From: Myxococcota bacterium
GTDB taxonomy: Bacteria; Myxococcota; XYA12-FULL-58-9; JABJBS01
Assembly: GCA_036339465.1 (NCBI GenBank)
Contig: JAYZAY010000051.1
Location: 1 to 30,929, forward strand
Length of the DNA stretch: 30,929 nucleotides
Reading direction: 5' to 3'
A program made the translations under genes and the position numbers. This document shows, one piece after another, positions 27,473 to 30,929 of the stretch. The notes below the pieces were generated by a model. The model was not told where the DNA came from. It did no database searches and saw nothing but the letters and a program-made list of their open reading frames with translations. Position 1 is the stretch's first letter. The number at the start of each line of letters is the position of its first letter.

Positions 27473-28116
27473 GCTATCTTCTCCGCTATTTCGATTTCTT
27501 CGGCATGTTTCAGAAAGTTTCTAAGGAGCTTCAGCCCATTTCTTTGGCTTTTTTCGGGATGAAATTGAGTTGCAAAAATATTTTCGCGACGCAATGCGGA
27601 CACAATTGGAATGCCGTAGTCACAATGTCCTACGGCCACCGATGGATCTGAGGGGATGAAGTGGTAACTATGATCAAAGAAGAAATGACTTTGTGTGGGG
27701 ATATTGTCGAAGAGTTTTTTATGGGATGCTACTTCCACCGTATTCCAGCCGACATGAGGCACACAGACAACTCGGGATTTGTCTAATTCTACGATATGGC
27801 CAGGGATCCAGCCGAGGCCCCGGGTTAACTGGATTTCAACGGAGTCTGTGGCTAGAAGTTGCATACCCAAACAAATTCCCATGAATGGTTTTTTTCGCCC
27901 GACAACCTCGTGGGTGAGGATTGTATCTAGGTCGTAGGATTTTAGGTTGGTCATGGCTTGTGGGAACGCACCTACTCCAGGAAGCACGATGCCATCTACT
28001 TGCGCTAATATGTCTGGAGACCGGGTTAGAAATGTATCCGCTCCAAGTTCATTTAGGGCTCCAAGCACGGAAGCAATATTTCCCATCCCATAGTCAACCA
28101 CGGCTATTCTAACCAT
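27466..28116 (-). CDS. HisH-like glutamine amidotransferase (WbuY type)
   Basis: VDYGMGN, LPGVGAF, GICLGMQ (Cys), PHVGWN, QFHPEKS (His/Glu). Confidence 0.92.
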   Translation of the reverse strand: MVRIAVVDYGMGNIASVLGALNELGADTFLTRSPDILAQVDGIVLPGVGAFPQAMTNLKSYDLDTILTHEVVGRKKPFMGICLGMQLLATDSVEIQLTRGLGWIPGHIVELDKSRVVCVPHVGWNTVEVASHKKLFDNIPTQSHFFFDHSYHFIPSDPSVAVGHCDYGIPIVSALRRENIFATQFHPEKSQRNGLKLLRNFLKHAEEIEIAEKIAC

Positions 28117-29263
28117 TGGCAGCCTTCTCCTTTACTTGCTCGGGCCTGTAAAATCCTCGATTGAGGGCCCAATTTCCGTCTTTATTCTGAGACCAAATAT
28201 CGAGTGAGCGTGTTTTTTCTATTTTTTTCCGAAGAGCCTCTGGAGGCATTTCTACGAAGTCGGCTAGTTTCTCGATATAGTGGTCTCCGCATCCCTGATC
28301 GAATTGTTCAACCAATTTGAGACCTTCCTCTCGGGTTATTTTTCCCGCATGTATTCGTTCCATTACTTGGTCGGTGACGTGTCCAAATCCAAATTTGAGG
28401 TATTTGATGTGCTGGTTCACTATCCTGAAATCTTCATCCACTGCGGACACGCCCCACAGGTCTCCAGTGTTTTCAGGCGCATCTTCACGGGTTTTCAAAC
28501 CCTTGGAAATCGCAAATTCAGCATTGTTTTTACCCGACCAGTCTTCGATATAATACCCGAGGTAAATAATTCTCAGTTTGGCTTTTTGAACGTCCGTGTC
28601 GGCGGGGTAGTTATAGAAATGGAGGTCCTGTGGGCCGATTTTATCATCCAGGAATCGATCGGCATTACCTCCCATGAGGGTATTGGCATGGCGCATTTGC
28701 GATGCATCTCCATCTAGGCGGCCGTGTTTCTCTCCAATGGTTTGAGCTGGGTTTTCACCAAGAAACACCAAAGGTATTTGGTAAGCGATGGCAGCGTGTA
28801 TGGGGATGGCATAGAGCGACATTTCGGAGTGGTTGCAAATATTGCCAAAACGGTCGATGCATGTTCGCATGAGTTGCTTATAGATCTGAGGATTTAGGCT
28901 CAGAGTGACGCAATCGAAACCATGGCTGATTAGATTTTCAAGGTTCTTGGCGCCTCGTTCATGGAGTTGTTCGGGGGGATAGACCGCACTTACAAGTAAG
29001 GGGTTTAAGCCTAAATTGTCTCTGGCGAAGAATGCTTGACGCATTGAATCCTTTCCGCCACTGACGGTAACGATGCAGTCGTAGGAAGATTTTGTGTTTT
29101 CCCGGCCCCACTGGCATATCTCTTGTATTTCCGCATTCCTCGTATCCCAATCAGCTCCTGTGTGGAAATATTCACAAACCGAACAAATCCCATCAGCGTT
29201 GATGGATACGTTGGGACGAGTCGATAGGTTTACGCATTGTCGGCACAATTGGATTTCTTTCAT
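28109..29263 (-). CDS. N-acetyl sugar amidotransferase (PseA/WbpG/WbuX family)
   Basis: CRQC..STRP...GICSVC, YDCIVTVSGGKDS, GENP, YLGYY, KYLKFGFG, ITREEG. Confidence 0.88.
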   Translation of the reverse strand: MKEIQLCRQCVNLSTRPNVSINADGICSVCEYFHTGADWDTRNAEIQEICQWGRENTKSSYDCIVTVSGGKDSMRQAFFARDNLGLNPLLVSAVYPPEQLHERGAKNLENLISHGFDCVTLSLNPQIYKQLMRTCIDRFGNICNHSEMSLYAIPIHAAIAYQIPLVFLGENPAQTIGEKHGRLDGDASQMRHANTLMGGNADRFLDDKIGPQDLHFYNYPADTDVQKAKLRIIYLGYYIEDWSGKNNAEFAISKGLKTREDAPENTGDLWGVSAVDEDFRIVNQHIKYLKFGFGHVTDQVMERIHAGKITREEGLKLVEQFDQGCGDHYIEKLADFVEMPPEALRKKIEKTRSLDIWSQNKDGNWALNRGFYRPEQVKEKAANG

Positions 29264-29293
29264 TCGCTTTATCCCCCAAGTGCTTTTGCAATA

Positions 29294-30580
29294 TTATAGA
29301 GTCGTTCGTAGTTCCCACACTTTGTGAAAGGCTTTAATCACATCGTCCATGTCCTTTTCTTGCATGGATGGGAGCATGAATTCGTGCGTGAAGAGTTTCT
29401 CAAAATGCAATTGTTCACAGATAGGAGCCAAGCCCTTGTTGTAGGTGACGTCGCTTAGATTGAACGGATAGCCCTTAGAACCGTAGGCGATTCGTTGTTG
29501 GAATATAGGCATGAGGTAGAGAGGCTTGACGTAGCCACAACCAAGCTGGACGCCCTCCTCTTCTCGTAGGGTGTGGTGAGCTAATTCTGCTTTGACAGCC
29601 TCCATGAATCGGTTGCGTTCCACTCCTGCGACTTTCTTGTCAAATTGACAGGCGTGTCCATAATAAACATGGGTGCAGTTTTCACGGGTTTTGGGGTTTT
29701 GAATGGCGGGGATACTGGAAAGTCCTTTTTCGATATAACGTACGTTCGTGATTCGTTTGTGGAGTAAGCTGTCTAACTTTTTGAGCTGGCAACGCCCGAT
29801 GGCAGCTTCTATTTCAGGCATGCGGAAATTGAAGCCAATCATATTGACTAGGTTCTGTTCATCTTTTGCTTCTACCACGGCTTCGGCATGATTTCTGATA
29901 AGGCGGCATCGTTCGGCGAGGTTGTCATCGTCGGTGACAATCATTCCACCTTCGCCGGTGTGGATGTGTTTGTGGTAGTTGAAAGAGAAGATCCCCATAT
30001 GCCCGAGGGTGCCGGCAAAACGTCCATTGTATTTCGCTCCAGGGGCCTGGGCGCAATCTTCGATGACCACCAGGTTGTGTTTTTTCGCGATAGCGTTGAT
30101 GCGGTCTACGTCGTAGGGTTGGCCAAAGATGTCCACCACCACGATGGCCCTGGTTTTGGATGTTATCTTTTCTTCTGTAGAATTTGCATCGAGGCAGAAG
30201 TAGTTGGGTTCCACATCTGCGAAAACAGGAATGGCATTAAATATAAGGGCTGCGGTGGCTGAGGCGCTCATGGTATAGGGAGATACGATGATTTCGTCTC
30301 CGGGCTCGATTTCAGTGGCGCCCACAGCACAATAAAGCCCCGAAGTGCAGGAATTGACGGCAATGGCATGTTTGGTGCCAAAATGTGTCGCCCATTCCTT
30401 TTCTAAGGCGCGGACTTGTTCTCCGCCGTAGAATTGTTGGTGCCAGCAGCCTAGATATTTTGATAGTTTTCCGGAATCGAGAACTTGAGAAACAGCTTCT
30501 TTTTCCTCCGCCCCAATGGTGACGTGGGCAGGGAAAGGAGTGCAACGGATAGGGGTGCCCCCGTTAATCGCCAGTTTCAT
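29294..30580 (-). CDS. DegT/DnrJ/EryC1/StrS-family sugar aminotransferase
   Basis: KLAINGG, AVNSCTSGL, IEDCAQA, FSFNYHKHIHTGEGG, GFNFRM. ATG 30580 follows GAGGAAAAG. Confidence 0.9.
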   Translation of the reverse strand: MKLAINGGTPIRCTPFPAHVTIGAEEKEAVSQVLDSGKLSKYLGCWHQQFYGGEQVRALEKEWATHFGTKHAIAVNSCTSGLYCAVGATEIEPGDEIIVSPYTMSASATAALIFNAIPVFADVEPNYFCLDANSTEEKITSKTRAIVVVDIFGQPYDVDRINAIAKKHNLVVIEDCAQAPGAKYNGRFAGTLGHMGIFSFNYHKHIHTGEGGMIVTDDDNLAERCRLIRNHAEAVVEAKDEQNLVNMIGFNFRMPEIEAAIGRCQLKKLDSLLHKRITNVRYIEKGLSSIPAIQNPKTRENCTHVYYGHACQFDKKVAGVERNRFMEAVKAELAHHTLREEEGVQLGCGYVKPLYLMPIFQQRIAYGSKGYPFNLSDVTYNKGLAPICEQLHFEKLFTHEFMLPSMQEKDMDDVIKAFHKVWELRTTL

Positions 30581-30929
30581 GCTTTTCCTCTGCCGCGACA
30601 ATCATGGTTTGGTACATGACTTCGGCTTGCTCCCAATCTTCAGGCGTATCAATATCCTGAACGAATTTTCTCGGTAGAATAATGGGGCGCGCATCTTCGG
30701 TGTAGATTTTTAGGGATTGCAAAAAAGGAGGCACTGCAAACCAATAAAATTGACCCGCATCATGGTAGGCCTCGGGTAAATCTTGTGAACGGGTTAGTTC
30801 GTGTTCTGGCCAAAACATGCTTAGACAACCATTCTCTATTCTTAGGCCACGAAAAATGGGGAAGGGAAAGGAGGTCACGGCAAAGGAGCTCGAGCACTTG
30901 AAGGTTTCGATATTTTTGAGTCCTTCTTT
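30564..30929 (-). CDS. pseF: Pseudaminic acid cytidylyltransferase, 3' part (runs off the window)
   Basis: FAVTSFPFPIFR, TRSQDLPEAYHDAGQFYW, VQDIDTPEDW. Frame is open to the window end. Confidence 0.85.
   Translation of the reverse strand, partial: KEGLKNIETFKCSSSFAVTSFPFPIFRGLRIENGCLSMFWPEHELTRSQDLPEAYHDAGQFYWFAVPPFLQSLKIYTEDARPIILPRKFVQDIDTPEDWEQAEVMYQTMIVAAEEKHETGD

Noticed and set aside
26603..28116. Histidine biosynthesis hisH/hisF
   Set aside because: No other his genes, HisF catalytic Asp missing, and flanked by sugar amidotransferases.
1..30929. CRISPR arrays, tRNA/rRNA, IS elements, phase-variable simple repeats or frameshifts
   Set aside because: None seen by eye; the window is densely covered by intact ORFs and has no long homopolymer or tandem tracts.

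Overview
Bacterial surface-glycan biosynthesis island (about 50% GC, 26 CDS), most likely for flagellin/protein glycosylation, though LPS or capsule is possible. No rRNA, tRNA, CRISPR or mobile element is visible. Six modules from left to right: (1) a putative sigma54-driven heptose operon (hddA kinase, B12-binding radical SAM, 6-phosphogluconolactonase, split transketolase, epimerase-nucleotidyltransferase fusion) with a convergent gmhA; (2) two tandem paralogous radical SAM proteins with N-terminal SPASM/Twitch-like domains, each behind a sigma28-like promoter, followed by a glycosyltransferase; (3) a minus-strand unit of Cys-rich hypothetical, HP-motif transferase, pseC and pseB; (4) a GNAT acyltransferase and a VOC-fold protein; (5) ACP, adenylating ligase, Fe-alcohol dehydrogenase and a LuxE-LuxC fusion, the same gene set and order as Vibrio cholerae O1 wbeKLMN (dihydroxybutyryl/tetronate); (6) a minus-strand unit of pseF (partial), a second DegT aminotransferase and two N-acetyl-sugar amidotransferases flanking hisH/hisF-like genes. 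The best candidate for an undescribed system is a tetronate-like acyl-ACP module plus GNAT and VOC coupled to a pseudaminic acid/amidination pathway, next to a heptose pathway with radical SAM and ThDP tailoring, apparently under flagellar sigma54/sigma28 control. All functional calls come from motifs read by eye; no searches were run.
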